Positions 38,701-53,700 of a stretch of DNA of 64,000 bases are shown piece by piece. The first letter of the stretch is position 1. Each line of letters begins with the position of its first letter. The notes below the pieces were generated by a model. The model saw only the letters and a program-made list of their open reading frames with translations, was not told the DNA's origin and did not search any database. This DNA comes from Antedon mediterranea (Eukaryota; Animalia; Echinodermata). The translations under genes were made by a program, and so were the position numbers. The DNA lies in the NCBI RefSeq assembly GCF_964355755.1, contig NC_092678.1, forward strand, positions 24,631,365-24,695,364, given 5' to 3'.

Positions 38701-41700
38701 TCTGCTGGTTTGTCGTTAATGTTGCACTCGTTGCCGGACGTTTCTTGGTTGTCACTGTACATACACGCTACATCTCGTCTTTGTGTCCCAGAGCCACAAG
38801 ATACCGAGCACTGAAAGAAGATTTATAGAACATTCATTTTTATTATTATTGTTGTAAAGTTTATAGTTAACATTGTAATGTGGTTTTAGTAAATTTTGAT
38901 TGTAGAACGCACCTTCACATCAAAGTGTGCCACTGTTACAAAAGAGTATGTTCAAATAAATTATTATTATTAATATTATAAGTAAATTAATATTTACCAG
39001 AGTCTAGGCCTACTGATTATTTTGGAAATGTCTAAACTGAGGTAGAGACTATACTCACCGGTTGCCATGGCCTTGTTCTCCACTGAGGGCACTCTCTCCT
39101 GTTGCATTCCTCTTGTGATTCTGGTTGGGCATTTGAGTTGCAAGATGATTCAGGTACTGGATTGTTTTGGTTGTCAAGGCAACTTACTAGACGTGCCCTG
39201 GTACCAGTTCCACATGTCACTGAACACTAGATAGAAAATAAATGATTCATTTTTAGCCACGCCACCTTGTAAATTATCCATTAATGTAACACGCAGTAAA
39301 ATAGAGTAAATAAAATGACTTACAGAGGTCCAGCCTCCAGTTCTCCAGTTGGCGTTTTGTCTTCTAATTATGGGCTTAGCGGTTGTTGTTACAACGATGC
39401 ATTCTGGTAGACTACATGATCGAGTATCGATAGGTTTCATGGCAGCATTGCATTCCGACTCGTGCGTTGTGCGTCTTGATTCGCCATCTTTACAGCTTAC
39501 GTGTCTGCGTTTATATCCACTGCCGCATGATACTGAACACTAAGTGAAAACATTTGTTTTTGTTTGTTTTATTCATATATATGTTATGTTTATATTCATA
39601 CATGCTATATGTGGTTTGAAAAAAAAAAAAAATCCAACTTGATTATCTTTTGGCATATGTATATTATATATAACATATATGTTATAACAATAATGATAAC
39701 GATAACAATAGCAATAACAATAAATATTACTGTGAACAGGTATTTTTTTAGGTATATTTAGGTATTTTTTAACTGGATGGTGGCACGTAGCAATGCCTTC
39801 AAATTAAACAGCAAAATTATCTGCTTACCTGTGACCATTCTTGGGCTTCCCATTCTGGGCAAGCGGACTCTTGGCAAGCTTCTGTATCAACAGGTCGTTG
39901 ACTCTGGGGACATTGATTGTGACGCACTCGTACTGCGTCGTGCTTACAGATCACATGACGCCGTTTAATCCCTGAACCACATGTCACAGAACACTGCAAA
40001 TACAAGTAAAACTTTATTGTTTTGATTTAGCTTTTTTCTTATTTTATTTTGTATCTCCATTGAGATCCAGCCACTGATACCCACAGCATTGTCATTTTGT
40101 ATCTCCATTGAGATCCAGCCACTGATATCCACAGCATTGTCATTTTTTCAGTGCTTATTTTATTTTGTATCTCCATTGAGATCCAGCCACTGATACCCAC
40201 AGCATTGTCATTTTGAATCTCCATTGAGATCCAGCCACTGATACCCACAGCATTGTCATTTTGTCAGTGCTTATTTTATTTGTATCTCTATTGAGATCCA
40301 GCCACTGATACCCACAGCATTGTCATTTGTTCAGTTATTTGGATTTATATTTAAAAGTGAATACAATTAAACTATATTCTCTTCAATTTGATGATGTTTT
40401 CCTAATTCTAGGCCAAACTTACGGAACTCCAAGCTGCAGGTACCCATTCTGCACATGGTCCTACGTTGCATGTCTGCACCACAACCCGTTTTGAACTATC
40501 ACATCTACTCCCCCTTGAACCTCTGGAAGAGTCACTACAATATGCACTTCGTCTCTGTGTACCACGTCCGCAAGTCCGTGAACACTAAATATTAAGGAAT
40601 ATGTAAAATACTTTTGTTTTAAATAAGAGACAAATCAATTTCTAATGAAAATCTTAAAGAAATGAGACAAATAAATTATCTAAATAACCACCTGACATTT
40701 ACAAATTAACACAATTTACACACACAAAAACAATACTGAATAAAAAAAGAAATACAATCAATTTAATATTAGTGAATATATAGCCCAGAACCCAATACAA
40801 AAAGACATTCAAGAAAACATAAAAACAACATAATAAAATCCTAGATAGATATAAATCTGTGGAAAACCCCAATTCAATGTGGAAAATCCCATTTGCATTA
40901 CTCTACAGTATATTATGGGGAAAACCCCAAGTGGGATTTTCAACATAGTGGAAAACCCCAATAACATCTCACAAAAACAATACAACAGAAAAACCAAGCA
41001 AAAAACCATAAAACAGAAAAAAACAATAAAAGAGAAAAAACCAATTTAAAAAAACACAGAAAACCCAAGCAAAAAACATAAAAACCAACAAAACGGAAAA
41101 ACAGGAACAAAAAAATTAAGGATGATCATAGAGAAGCAAGATAGTTGAACATAAAGCACAAATGAAAGCTATACTTACAATTGGGTCCTAAATGAAGCAT
41201 TCTTATGCACAAGCAGATATATAAATGTTAGTTATTAAAAACCTTTCTTTTTAAAATTAATTTTAGCAAATATATTTTAAATATTATGTTGAAGCATACA
41301 GAAAGACAATGCAATATGACATTTAAGATCACTGCTTGTGTGATATCAGGGCTAGTTTAGTAAAGCATGGTTGCCACTAGAATGCAACACAACAACGTAT
41401 TGATGCAAAGTGCTGTATTGCATAAATACATGTAGAAACCAATGACGCAACAGTGCTGCAGACATAGCGGGTTTGATTTCAAGCAGGTTAAACGCAATTA
41501 CTGGAAGGGCATTTTCTTATGTTGCGTAGTTTGTGTACGTTGCATTGGTAGTGGGAACCAAGTTTAAGCAAATTATTATTTAGTATAAACAATTAAACAA
41601 AATAAGTTGATAGCCTACCTCAGACCAGCGCGAGTAAATCCATGTTGCAGTTTGAACGCATTCTCCATAACACCCAACTCTCTCCGGTGGTTTTGGCAGA

Positions 41701-44700
41701 TGTGTACAGTTGCCGTTGCCAACGATGCTGCCAGAGCTGCGATGTTTCTGCATCTTGATGCATTTTATTGTTCTCATCTTCTCTCCTGACCCGCATGATG
41801 CTGAGCACTCGCTCTCCCAAGTTTTTTCCCAGCTGAAACATGTTAAAAAATTATGCTAATTAATGATGAAGCAATCTATATTTCAATAAACAAACCAGTC
41901 CATCTCAATGTTACCCCAGTTTAAATGGGACCTTTTCTCAATCCTAGTATAGCTTAATTACAGCTGCAAATAGAATATAACACCTAACAACCAGAGCCTA
42001 TTAAAAACTAATATATGCTTTAAGCTCTCTCTACACTATCAAACTACTTTGAAAAATAAAAGTGTGATGCACCCAAATGGTAGTGATATGCCCATATATA
42101 GGCACAGCACATTCTGTTGTCACACGAAGTTTGATAGTGTAGACAAGGCTTTAGATACACAACACAGACCAATGCAATAGTTTCAATAACAACCCTCATA
42201 CCTTAAAGTACACTTTGAATTACAGTTGGACGTGATTGGTTGAGGCTTGTTGCCCGAGCAAAAGGATAAATTCACTTGTTTTCTATCTACTTGTCGTAGA
42301 CAACGAATCCTTCTACTTTTTTTACCTGAAATGATGCAAGTGTTAGAAAAAAATAATTAAAGAAATGTATTTTAAAATGTACCTACAGAGACTATGATCC
42401 ACTACTAACATTACACCAGAATGAGGTGACTATGTGAACTATATATCTTTGTCTTCAAATGAGGTTTAAAATATGAGCATTTTGGGTATTATTTTCAAAA
42501 AACAGACCATTCATAAACAAATTGAATTCCATTTCAGACGAGACATGGAAATGATATCATGTAATCTGTATGCCCTATGGATAATACAGGATTGTGTTTT
42601 AATATCCTATCCAGATTGATATCAGTACTGGTATCATAGGGTTTACATTAGCATGTAACCTACATTATATGATGTAGGCCTAGTGATAGCTTAACTACTG
42701 TAAGGTTGACAAGGTCGGTGGCAAAAGGGGGCCTAGACTTGGGTGTTTATGAAGAAACTTCTTGGAGTACAGTGGGCTCTAGGGTAAAGGCCTTCAATTA
42801 TACTTCAGGATGTCATTTTGGGAAGATTTATTGAATACAAATATTAATGTTTATAAGTTGAATGGTGAGAATATTTCATAAGTTGAAAAATTGACTGCTC
42901 TATTTTAACGAGGTAGCGCCGTAGCGTGGCAAAAATTCTCAACATTTTTAAAGAAAGCTGAACGTGCATTAGTATGATCACCATTAGATATCACTTTTCC
43001 ATGAGATAGGGCGACATGTGATGCCTAATTGACCAATCAAATTGCAAGAATACAATCAGGTATGTTATGATATATATATTATAATATGTATTCTACTATG
43101 TGATACTTACCTTTACACAAACTAGTACATGGATTCCACGGACCATACGCATCCCACACATAAACAGATCTACCCTCAACAGGTACTTTGTATTTATAAT
43201 TTATGTTAGGATCTTTGTTACTAATAGTCAAAAGCTACAAGAAAAAAATGTATCAATAGTTACTTTCTGGTGTGTGGAATAACATTCATATTTATAAAAG
43301 AAAGCAATTGTTAAGTGGATTTGTGACTGATGGGAAAATACATTCAAGGCTTAAACAACCAGTCATAATAAAAAGAAAAAGATTATATAGTTAAGTACTT
43401 ACATAAAGGTTAAGGGGTTGAGGTAGTGGTTTATCACATGTCAGATTCTCCACAGCCATTCCAGCTCCACTGTATGTGATGAATGTATTACCAAATGGTA
43501 TTGTGCGTTTGGCAGTGCTGATGATGGAGTTACCATTCAGGATCCAGTGATCCGTGCTATTTTTTAAGGCTGTCAAATTCATCAAATTTTAAGTGATTTC
43601 AAAGATACATATTGATTTGATTAAAATACCATAATAGTATACACAAAGTCAGTCCACTCTCCCAATACCGAACACTCTTGGGCTGGGCTAACATGTCAGG
43701 TTTTCCTGAAATTCTGGTACTCTGAATGTGATTTTAATGGTAAAATGTACCTTTTGGCAAAGTTTCTGTTTTTCCGGAGAGGGTCCAGAATTGGGAGAGT
43801 TGACTGTAGTACATATGTACCTGTTGATGTTGATTTTGGTTGAAATAAATTTTCAATTGAAAAATATATACATAAAATAGTATACATAAATATTATACAC
43901 ACTGCAACAAAATCGGAATTTACTTACCTAGATAAATTTCATCGTCCATAATTGTGCCGTACCTCACAGCTAAAGCTGATTGTGTAATCTGTAACTTTAA
44001 AGCACCAGCAGGAAACTGGGTCACAAAATTATAACCTGAAAAATTAGCAATCATAAAAAAAATATTATGAAAAAGAAAGAATGATGACAAAACTAAAAGA
44101 CGTTTATATGGCCTGCTATTGGGAATAATGGCATATGTAGATCCCAAATGACAAAACTGATGAGGAAGGAACAATGAGGGTGGAAGAAAAATGATTATGA
44201 TAATGATGATGATATCAACAATAATGAAAGGAATGTGTTGAATGATTTTTTATTTGAATACTTACCATATATATTAACATTATACTGGCCTGTCACAGTT
44301 CTACACGAATTGTTATCACCACCACAAACACCGCAATCATCACGTTTGGTTTTAGATCCCAAAATATGGTCACATCCTGCTTTCTACATTACGAAGAATA
44401 TAACAAAAAGAAGAGGGCGCATTAATAGAGGGCAGCAGAAAAAATTATTATGAACAAGAAAGAATGATGACAAAACTAAGAGACGTTTATATGGCCTGCT
44501 ATTGGGAATAATGGCATATGTAGATCCCAAATGACAAAAATGATGAGGAAGGAACAATCTTAGAAAACTGATAATATATATAATAATAATAATGACTTAA
44601 AAATAATTAAATGTGCTGGAAAATTGGGGTGTGTGGTGAAAATTGAAAATTCTGGACGAGGCGAGCACCCTGTATCTACTTTGCACAAATGTTTTTCAAA

Positions 44701-47700
44701 CTAACCCAGCACATGCCCTCTACACATATATCATCTGTATCAGGTCCACAGGATGTGCCGTCTATCACCATTCTTGCTAGTTGGTAGTAATGGGATCGGC
44801 CTGCTACTTGGCAATACAGACGACATCTGTCTTTTGCAAGAACTAAAAATATATAGATTTTGTTATTTCCTCCGAGTTTTGAAAGCATAAAAATGTGATG
44901 TGCACATATATGGACTTGATGATGTCATATCACTACCATATTTAGGCATATCACTACCATATTTGGACACATCACACTTTTTTTTGTCAAACTAGATTGA
45001 TAGTGTAGACAGAGCTTAATACAACAGTTATGGGTTTGCTGGGACTAGTTTAGTCTCCAGTAAGTAGATGCTTAGAAAGTGACTTACTACCAGTGTATTT
45101 AGGTACCCATCTAACCGCACTGTTTAAGCCATTCACATTGAGATGTCTTCCATTATATGTTGCACACTGCTGGGCTCTGAAATCATCCTGACCATTTCCA
45201 CAAGGCTAAATGATGATATTGATAAAAGACAGAATTAGCAAATGTTCTATTTCATGGTACTATACTTTTTATTTTATCATACATTGCTCAAATTAGTACT
45301 AATTTGCAAAACAATGGCTAGTATAGCTATATTCTGTTTTGTGGGCTAATGAGAAGCTACCACTTTTTAACATCAATGTAATATTTGTACAGCAAATTTA
45401 ACGTGAATATCATATTCAACGTTAAGCAGTCCATTTCATTGAGATGGAAAAACCAATTTACCAACATACCTTGGTGTTACAAGAGCGATAGCGAGTCCTA
45501 CGTCCAACACAGTATTTACCACCATATTGCGGTGATGGATTATTACATAAACGACTAGCCTTCTTCACGCCCCCACCGCATGATCGGGAACAGTTTCCGT
45601 ATGGTTCCCACTTTCCCCAACCGCCATCAATTGGGTTTGGTTCTGGATTCTTTCTTACACACCTTCCTTGGTCACACCACTATTAAAAATAATGTAGAGT
45701 GGTTGGTTATATACACAGTATAAAGCTCTGTCTACGCTATCAAACTTTATGTGGGAAAAAAAAAGTGATATGGACACGATGATGTCATATCACTAACATA
45801 TTTTTTTTTTTTTTTATTACACTTTTTTTGTCAAGCAAGTTTGAAAGTGAAGACAGAGCTTAAGATTGATAATTGTGAAAGATAATAGTAATCAAAGAGC
45901 ATTCCTTGTTCTTACCGAGTTGTAATTACACGGCGAACCATCGGCCCAGGCCATGTGTTGTGTCCGACAATGGTCAGTGCTTCGGCCAACTGTACACCAC
46001 AGCTTGTCACAATGACTCTAATTGAAGTAAGACAATTAGACTGATTAGTTATTTAATTAATAGTAGACTCTGGAAGTCACCTTCTTGAATTTAATATCAT
46101 CCTCATCATGACATCATCATGACATCATCATGACATTCACTGCTGAGCGTTAGAAGCTAATGTTCAGTTTGAAGTTCCCATGTACTTGAAGTTGTCTTTC
46201 CACTTTTGGTTCTGTAATCCCCACATTCTTCCAGTAATTTTGATACCTTAATTTAGACACTTTTTCCTGGCCTCTATAGTGGAACTTACCAAATATGGAC
46301 AAACAATAGAACCGGGTCCATATATCAGCTCACATTGTTTGGTGATACTGTACATCTGTCCCGGCTTCTTTGTTGGCAAAGTTTGAATATCCGTTGGTTT
46401 GTTTAGAAGACACTGACCATACCCACGACTAGAAAGAACAACATTTGTTATAAATACAATTTAAAATGATAAGATTTGGTTTAAAAAACGAGGACAAAAG
46501 CATGAAACACTTTCTGCTGAAAGTGCAAACTGTCAGGTGACATGAGAACTGGGTCATGAGGCATGCATGCTGTACCAATGTTGTGATACCGGAGCTGCTG
46601 TGCCGATGGGGGAAAGGAACATCTTATTTATCATGTCTGAACCCTCCAGATATACATTTATGAGATTCCAATGATTGTCTACCAAACGTAAACTAACCAT
46701 CATTTCAAAGTTCAAATATCGGTAATATTCAAAAGCTAGAACAATTCATTACTAGAAAATCCATGACCTTTTGAATTAAGGTCACAATCTGTAAAAACTA
46801 AACTAGATAATTATTATTACAATGAAGTATCATAGAATTCTTCTAATTTAAGAATAATTGTAATTTAGATCATTACTGAAAACTCTAATTTATTTTAATT
46901 AAATTGTTTAATGATCAACAATAAATAAACACATTGAGGACTGAATTGATCACTAAATGGGCATAGATTGATCACTAAATGGGCATAGATTGATCACTAA
47001 ATGGGCATAGATTGATCACTAAATGGGCATAGATTGTGAATACGCACAAACCAAGATTCTTGCAGAAAAAATATATTAATGGTAAATTCTCAAGTAAGTT
47101 ATTAATGTTGTAAGGTAACCCAGAATCAACATTGATGGATACGTCTCTGGCGTGACGTGGGTCAAATGTCATTTACACTATTTATGTTTAATGGAATAGA
47201 TTGTAGATACAACCGACTTTGTCAAAATATATAAATGATCTTATACAGCGTCTAGCGACTTAACTATTCCATATCCACTTGTGTGGCTTCTTACAGGATT
47301 CAATAATTTCAATCATGATGCCATAAAAACTAAACATAACATTTGGTGAAAAAAATAATTAAAACTTTAAAAAAAAATGTATTAACTGTGTTAAAAGACA
47401 TAACACTGACATCAAATTTTCCAATTTCAAAGAAATTACTGTCCGGCATCATAGAGCTCCGTCGCTTTAGCCCAAGGCTAGTTTTCTTAGCTTGGTATGA
47501 GCAAGGCAACAAAAGGCCTAAACTCTATTTCAAAGACCACCTCAAACTCTGAAAACCTTGGGAAAGCTAATAGGTATCTGTGAGGCCATTAGGTCCAGGT
47601 GTGTATTGTTGTGTAAGATACAGCCTGAGGTGTTGGGGGATGCAACAAGCAATGACTCCTTACACTGAATCGGGTCAAATAAGTATTACAAGGTCACAAA

Positions 47701-50700
47701 AAAATGAAATCACAAAATCAATGATCTAATAGACTATTAAGATAAAATGGAGGAACATGCAATCTTCATTCTGTCATACTGAAGAATCAATATTTAATAT
47801 TCATCATACATTTATCTCATCATTTAAGACCAACAAGAATTATTTAAAAAAAAGTAAGATTTGAAAAGCTGGTTCCAAACCAATTGGTGCTTGTGTGCAA
47901 AAAACGGCGTAAGATTAAAGGTCATATCAGTGCATTAATTATTAGTATGCGTTTTACTGGTGTGTATATTACAGAATAAAAATTATTTGTTAATTAAATT
48001 AAAAGGATGGGAATAACTTAGATTTGGGTTCCCAATGTTATACAATAAAGTACTTAAACATGATACAGTTCATAGTGGCAAGAATTTCTAGGATGTGAAC
48101 GAGAAATAAAAAATAAACAATGAAAAAGTAGGTTTGAAAATGAAAACAAGTATATGCAATAAATGAGTATAGCAACTTATAAGCTGTCTGTCTGGTAAAG
48201 TGTGGACAGACAAGTTAGCTCCAACCCTAACCTACTTCTAAGTATAATGCAACAGGACTTAAGTAACCTACATTTAACTGGCAGAGAATCTCACAGAATG
48301 CCTCTGGAAAAATTACAGAATGCAACAAAAGGCACACACTACTGACTCAATAAACGAAAGAAATAACATCACTTGGCTTGTTTTCTTTATAAGTTAATTA
48401 TTTTGATGGTTAGCTCTGTGTCACATATTTCCCTCTAATGACCTAATAAGCAGTATTAAGTAGGGCGTAATGCATGTATTATTATAACTTTTAAAACTAC
48501 CTCTGGGCTTGAAAGAATGTAACAAACCATGTTGTTTATGAAATGAAGTTACAAAACCCTGGATGTTCATTGAGGCCTATTATACAATTTCAACTTTCTT
48601 ATATCCTGTTTTTTACCTCATTGTAGTCTGGCCTAAACCTGGGGCCTAAACCAATACATTAATGTTACCCTGGTATCTTTGATACATTAATGTCACCTTT
48701 ATCACCATTTCTGTGCATCATCACCATCATACTGCTGCATTCTTTATGTTATATACTGTCCTACGCAACTATTTCAAACAATTAATGTATCTCTCTTATC
48801 ATGCAACCAAATTCTTCATGTTGTCTATCGCTGTACATACAATCGTATATCTCTCATCTTTAATACTCTTCCATTACTTAACAATTTTTCAAAACAGTAA
48901 TGTTTTGTCTTTTGCTCTTAAATTACTTAAGTAGTGTCTTTATTTATTTAGATAATCTTTTCTTTACATTTAAGTATTTAAGTAGTGTCTTTATTATTTT
49001 TACATTTGTCTACTTGAGTTAAGTCACGCTAGAGTATATAAATGTGTCTATAGACTAAACAACATTGTTAGCCTATTTAAATCAATAACCCAGTTTTTAA
49101 TAATCGAAAAGCATTAAATAAACATTATCACTTACTCAAGGAAGTCGGTGATAAGTTTTCTGCTACACCTCGACCACGTCCACGGGCTATTGTCATCGGA
49201 ATTGAGTGTTGGCGCCATCATGTTGTATTTCCCCGCCATGTGCTCGGGGAATTCTTTTTTACACTTAAAACTATCATCATGAGGTAGATTGAATCTGAAA
49301 AAAAAATAATTTGTAAATTAAAATATTGTAAATCAAGAAAAACGCTTTTTATGAATTTGAATTTTAACTTGACTGATAAATAAATAAAGGGCAGAGGTTA
49401 TATACATGCGTATATAGTTAAGTATACAATTCACAAATTGTTCAAATTAGAAACTGACATATTGTGATGCAGGAACTGGCTAAAATAACATGTAAAATTA
49501 GGACATCTGCCAGCAACGGTCAGCTGGTCAAAGTGTATGGCACAACTTGATAATTGTCAGCTGGACAAGCAGTGACCGACAGACCAGCACTCACACAGCA
49601 TGCACATTACAATGTTAGAAGTTGCCTACATGTTTTTCAGCTGTAGTGTACGGTCAAGCCTGCACAAATCCTAAACTGACCAGTATTAACAGCAGGAACA
49701 TTAAAGTATAGGAACTACCCTACAAGCTTTTCAGCTGTTACGGGGTGTGAACACTTTAGCACACCTGATCCATCTAGTGCTCCCTCATTGCGGAACAGGG
49801 CTCCCTCTTGAGATCAAGCAGCTAGGTCAATCAGGGAAATGTGAGTGAGGGTCAAATTCAAAACTCACTATAGTAGTTACTACTACTGTCTATCTCTTGT
49901 TTAATGTACCAAATGATATTACTTTTATGGTCAAAAGTGCTAGTACCAAATGTTTGTATTTAAGCTTCCATTAGATATTAAATGAAAAACATCATCTGCT
50001 GACCTACCTTGACCTAGAAGGCTCTAATGTTAAATTTAATGAGTTAATAACCGATTAAATGTTAATTAGAGCATAAAGACGGCGAATGTGACACGCAGTG
50101 CGGCAAACATTATTACCATCTACCCTCAATTGACTCAATGTGTAAAGTGGTCAAACCCCTACTGGCCAGTAAGGACATTATCATCATTGATTTGACCATT
50201 AGCATTGACCATTACATCATGTTTTGTTCTAGGACTTAAAAAACTTATACTCGAATGTTTGAAAATGAAATTGTCTAACCACCCTTATAAACATTTATCT
50301 AAGACTAATTAGTACAGTTTAAAGTATTTAGATAATTAATAAGTAAATGCCTCTTCCTTGATCTCTTCCTTTAAGCTATATGACTTAGACATGACTTGCA
50401 TGCCTTGAGCACTCTTGAGGGGTATGTGCGCTATATAAATCTATATTATTATTATAGACATCCTACAACTAAAACCAATAATTACTCCTAAATCAAAATG
50501 GTCTAAATTACTTGTAATGTTTACTTATATACAAACTTGTTTATTTAAAAATTATTCCGGAGAATAGAAGGATTTTCATTAAAAGTTTTATGAATATAAA
50601 ATGGTTTAAATTAAGTTTGGCAATGGCAACAGACATCCCACTATTAAGATCCATGGTGTCAAGCAATCAAATAAACCATGTTCTCATAATAATAAACTTA

Positions 50701-53700
50701 ACATTAAGTTTAGACTCAAAGTTTGGCCATGGACAATTAGATGTTATTCATTATCAATTTTAACCTTCATCTAAATTTATAAATAAGACATTTTCCTTGA
50801 TTCAAGATCTACTCTGAAGGTGGTATTATGAGAATTAATAATAAACATACTGTGTTGTACAAGCATAGCACCTCAATAAATTGCACAAGAAAGATGGTGT
50901 GATATGTAAAGATGATATACTAATGACTTTACATTATTTATGTCTTTTATGTTAGTTATAGTATAACAAATTTAAATAACTTTGAGGAGGTAGTAGGCTC
51001 TGTATAATTGAGCCTGGTAAAGCCTTTATTCTACTATTACCACTACCCACATCTTTTCCAATTGTTTATATTTCTTGGCAACATTATCACGTAGGGAATT
51101 TTACAATTCCAAAGATATGTTTAACTGGTTTTAAATCCATAGAGTACCCTATGCCAAGTACAACAGTATGAGCTAATCACTTTTTTTTCCTTTGTTTTTA
51201 ATTAGTCTGATGAAAAGGGAGGATACTTGTATAAAATTACCGAAAGGAAATCCAATCGCCAAGTTGGTTTGTTTATTTCAATTTAATACATTTTAAGTGT
51301 TTTCTCTTTTCCTGAAGAGAAAGTTTGAAGGACAAATTACGCCCAACAGAACAAAGTTCTCATCATTCCGACGAAAAATAAGAGAAAAACAGGAAACATG
51401 AAAGAAATGCAATGTTGACAGTTAAAACTCATATATTGTACTTTCATTGGAAAATTAAAACTTTATTTCTTGTGAAAGTTCACGACTTTAGTTTCATTTT
51501 ATAGTAAAACTTTGAACCACACAAAAAAACCTCCATCAAACTTTGATTTACTTTATTTGTTTTATTGCTTTGACTACTGTAATGTCAACAAGAATTTCAG
51601 AAATAATAGCCAAATAACATTTCTTTTATTTTTTTAATGTTGTGAACCACTATTGTTTAATTTATCGCTTGATAAAACTTTTAGCAAACAAAGCCATAAA
51701 GTTTGAGATATGACATGAAAAATGTTCACAGTCTGAATGGTTTGGTTTACTGTGTGTTTATACCAAGTTTAATTGCTATAAATATCACCTAATAACTTCA
51801 TCAAAATATTTCATTTAATGTTGAGGTTATTGTTTGAATGAAAAGTTTATTCTATAGAAAAAGAGGTAGACCAACTAAATAGATCCCTAGTAGAGATGGA
51901 TTAATGGAATAGATCCCTAGTAGAAATGGATTACTGGAATAGATCTCTAATAGAGGTGGATTAATGGAATATATCCCTAGTAGTAGAGGTGGGTTAATGG
52001 AATAGATCCCTAGTAGAGATGGATTATTGGAATAGATCCCTAGTAGAGATGGATTAATGGAATAGATCCCTAGTAGAGATGGATTAATGGAATAGATCCC
52101 TAGTAGAGGTGGATTAATGGAATAGATCCCTAGTAGAGATGGATTAATGAAATAGTTCACTAGTAAAGGTGGATTAATGGAATAGATCCCTAGTAGAGAT
52201 GGATTAATGGAATAGATCCCTAGTAGAGATGGATTAATGGAATAGATCCCTAGTAGAGATGGATTAATAGAATAGTGGTAGACTATTATATCCTAGCAAT
52301 GGTGTACTGTAGACTTAATTACAAATGAATACCCTGATAGTTCAGCTTTTCTCATGCCACATGATCACACAAGGGCATTATACGGAGATTAATAAAACTT
52401 GTTATTTTGTTGGCAAAGAAAATTCAGGGTGGCAAACCACAAAGTATATTGTTGTACCTTCATGTGTGTGCATTATTCCATTGAAAACAAACAGTTACTC
52501 TTCTTTCTATAAATCTAATTCTAGGTTAACATATCTGTAAGGTTAATTCTATCATGAGAACGTTTTACCAGTAATGGGTGTAACCACTAACTAATATCCA
52601 GGGGCGTATGAAAGATATTAAGATAGAGGGGTGCAAGCCTAGATGGATTTGGGATTACCTAGAGCTCTGAGACCAGCATGGGGTAACATCTCAGTGGAAT
52701 ATAACACTCATCTGTACTAACAATTCTGCCTAATCTTTTTCTTATTATTATTCATATGTTTTACCAATTTATGTGCTATATATATATATATTATTTTTGT
52801 AATATGATTTGACAATACAAGTTTAAGAATGTATTTACAGCCAACTTTGAATTGAATGTCTTTCAAAAAAATTATTTACAACTAAAAAAGATAATTTATA
52901 AAAGACAACCGGCTACTATGGCATTTTTTGGAAATCTACCAAATAAAAATGTCTCCTGAAGTTTCTTTTCTTGGTTAAAACATCAAACACATATTTAATG
53001 TTGCCAAATTTCTTAGAATTAGATCCCACAACATATATTTGTTTAGTAATAAATATACTACAACGAATGCCAACAACAAAAAAAGAAGAAGTTGAATAAC
53101 ACACTGACTTTGTGATTCTACAATGATTGTAAGCTACGTCCAAGTTTGTGAACTAAATGCTGAACTAATACTTACACATTTCCAAGTTCGTGGATATCGT
53201 AAATGCTGAACTAATACTTTAACATGCCCCAATTCGTGAACTTAGTAATTGCTGAACTAATACTTACACATGTCCAAGTTTGTGAGCTATGGTAAATGCT
53301 GAACTAATACTTAAACATGTCCAAGTTTGTGAACTTAGTAAATGCTGAACTAATACTTAAACATGTCCAAGTTCATGAACTATAGTAAATGCAGAACTAA
53401 TACTTACACATGTCCCAATTCGTGAGCTATGGTAAATGCTGAACTAAGTCCATTGTCTTCTACTATAGAGCAACTTCTCTCTGGATCACATACAGTGCCT
53501 AACTCAGCTAGACCTGTTATTGTCAATATACAAATAATTATTATATATATAATGATTAGAATTACTATATAAAATATATAGTTTTACTCTTTATGTTGCA
53601 GGAAATGACCCATAGATATTGTGTCATTGGTCATGGTCTTGACCGAAAATCCACCAAAAATGTTGTGGAATTCAGTGAGGAAGCACATCCCTATATGATG

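Noticed and set aside
44080-44160. C/D box snoRNA (ATGATGA…CTGA)
   Set aside because: Antisense to the host gene's transcription, no terminal stem, and box D is mutated in the twin copy.
51852-52160. 102-aa [10 protein letters not shown] repeat ORF as an extra exon
   Set aside because: It is a 30-bp intronic minisatellite. The flanking exons join perfectly to make HELGHVFNLPHD without it.
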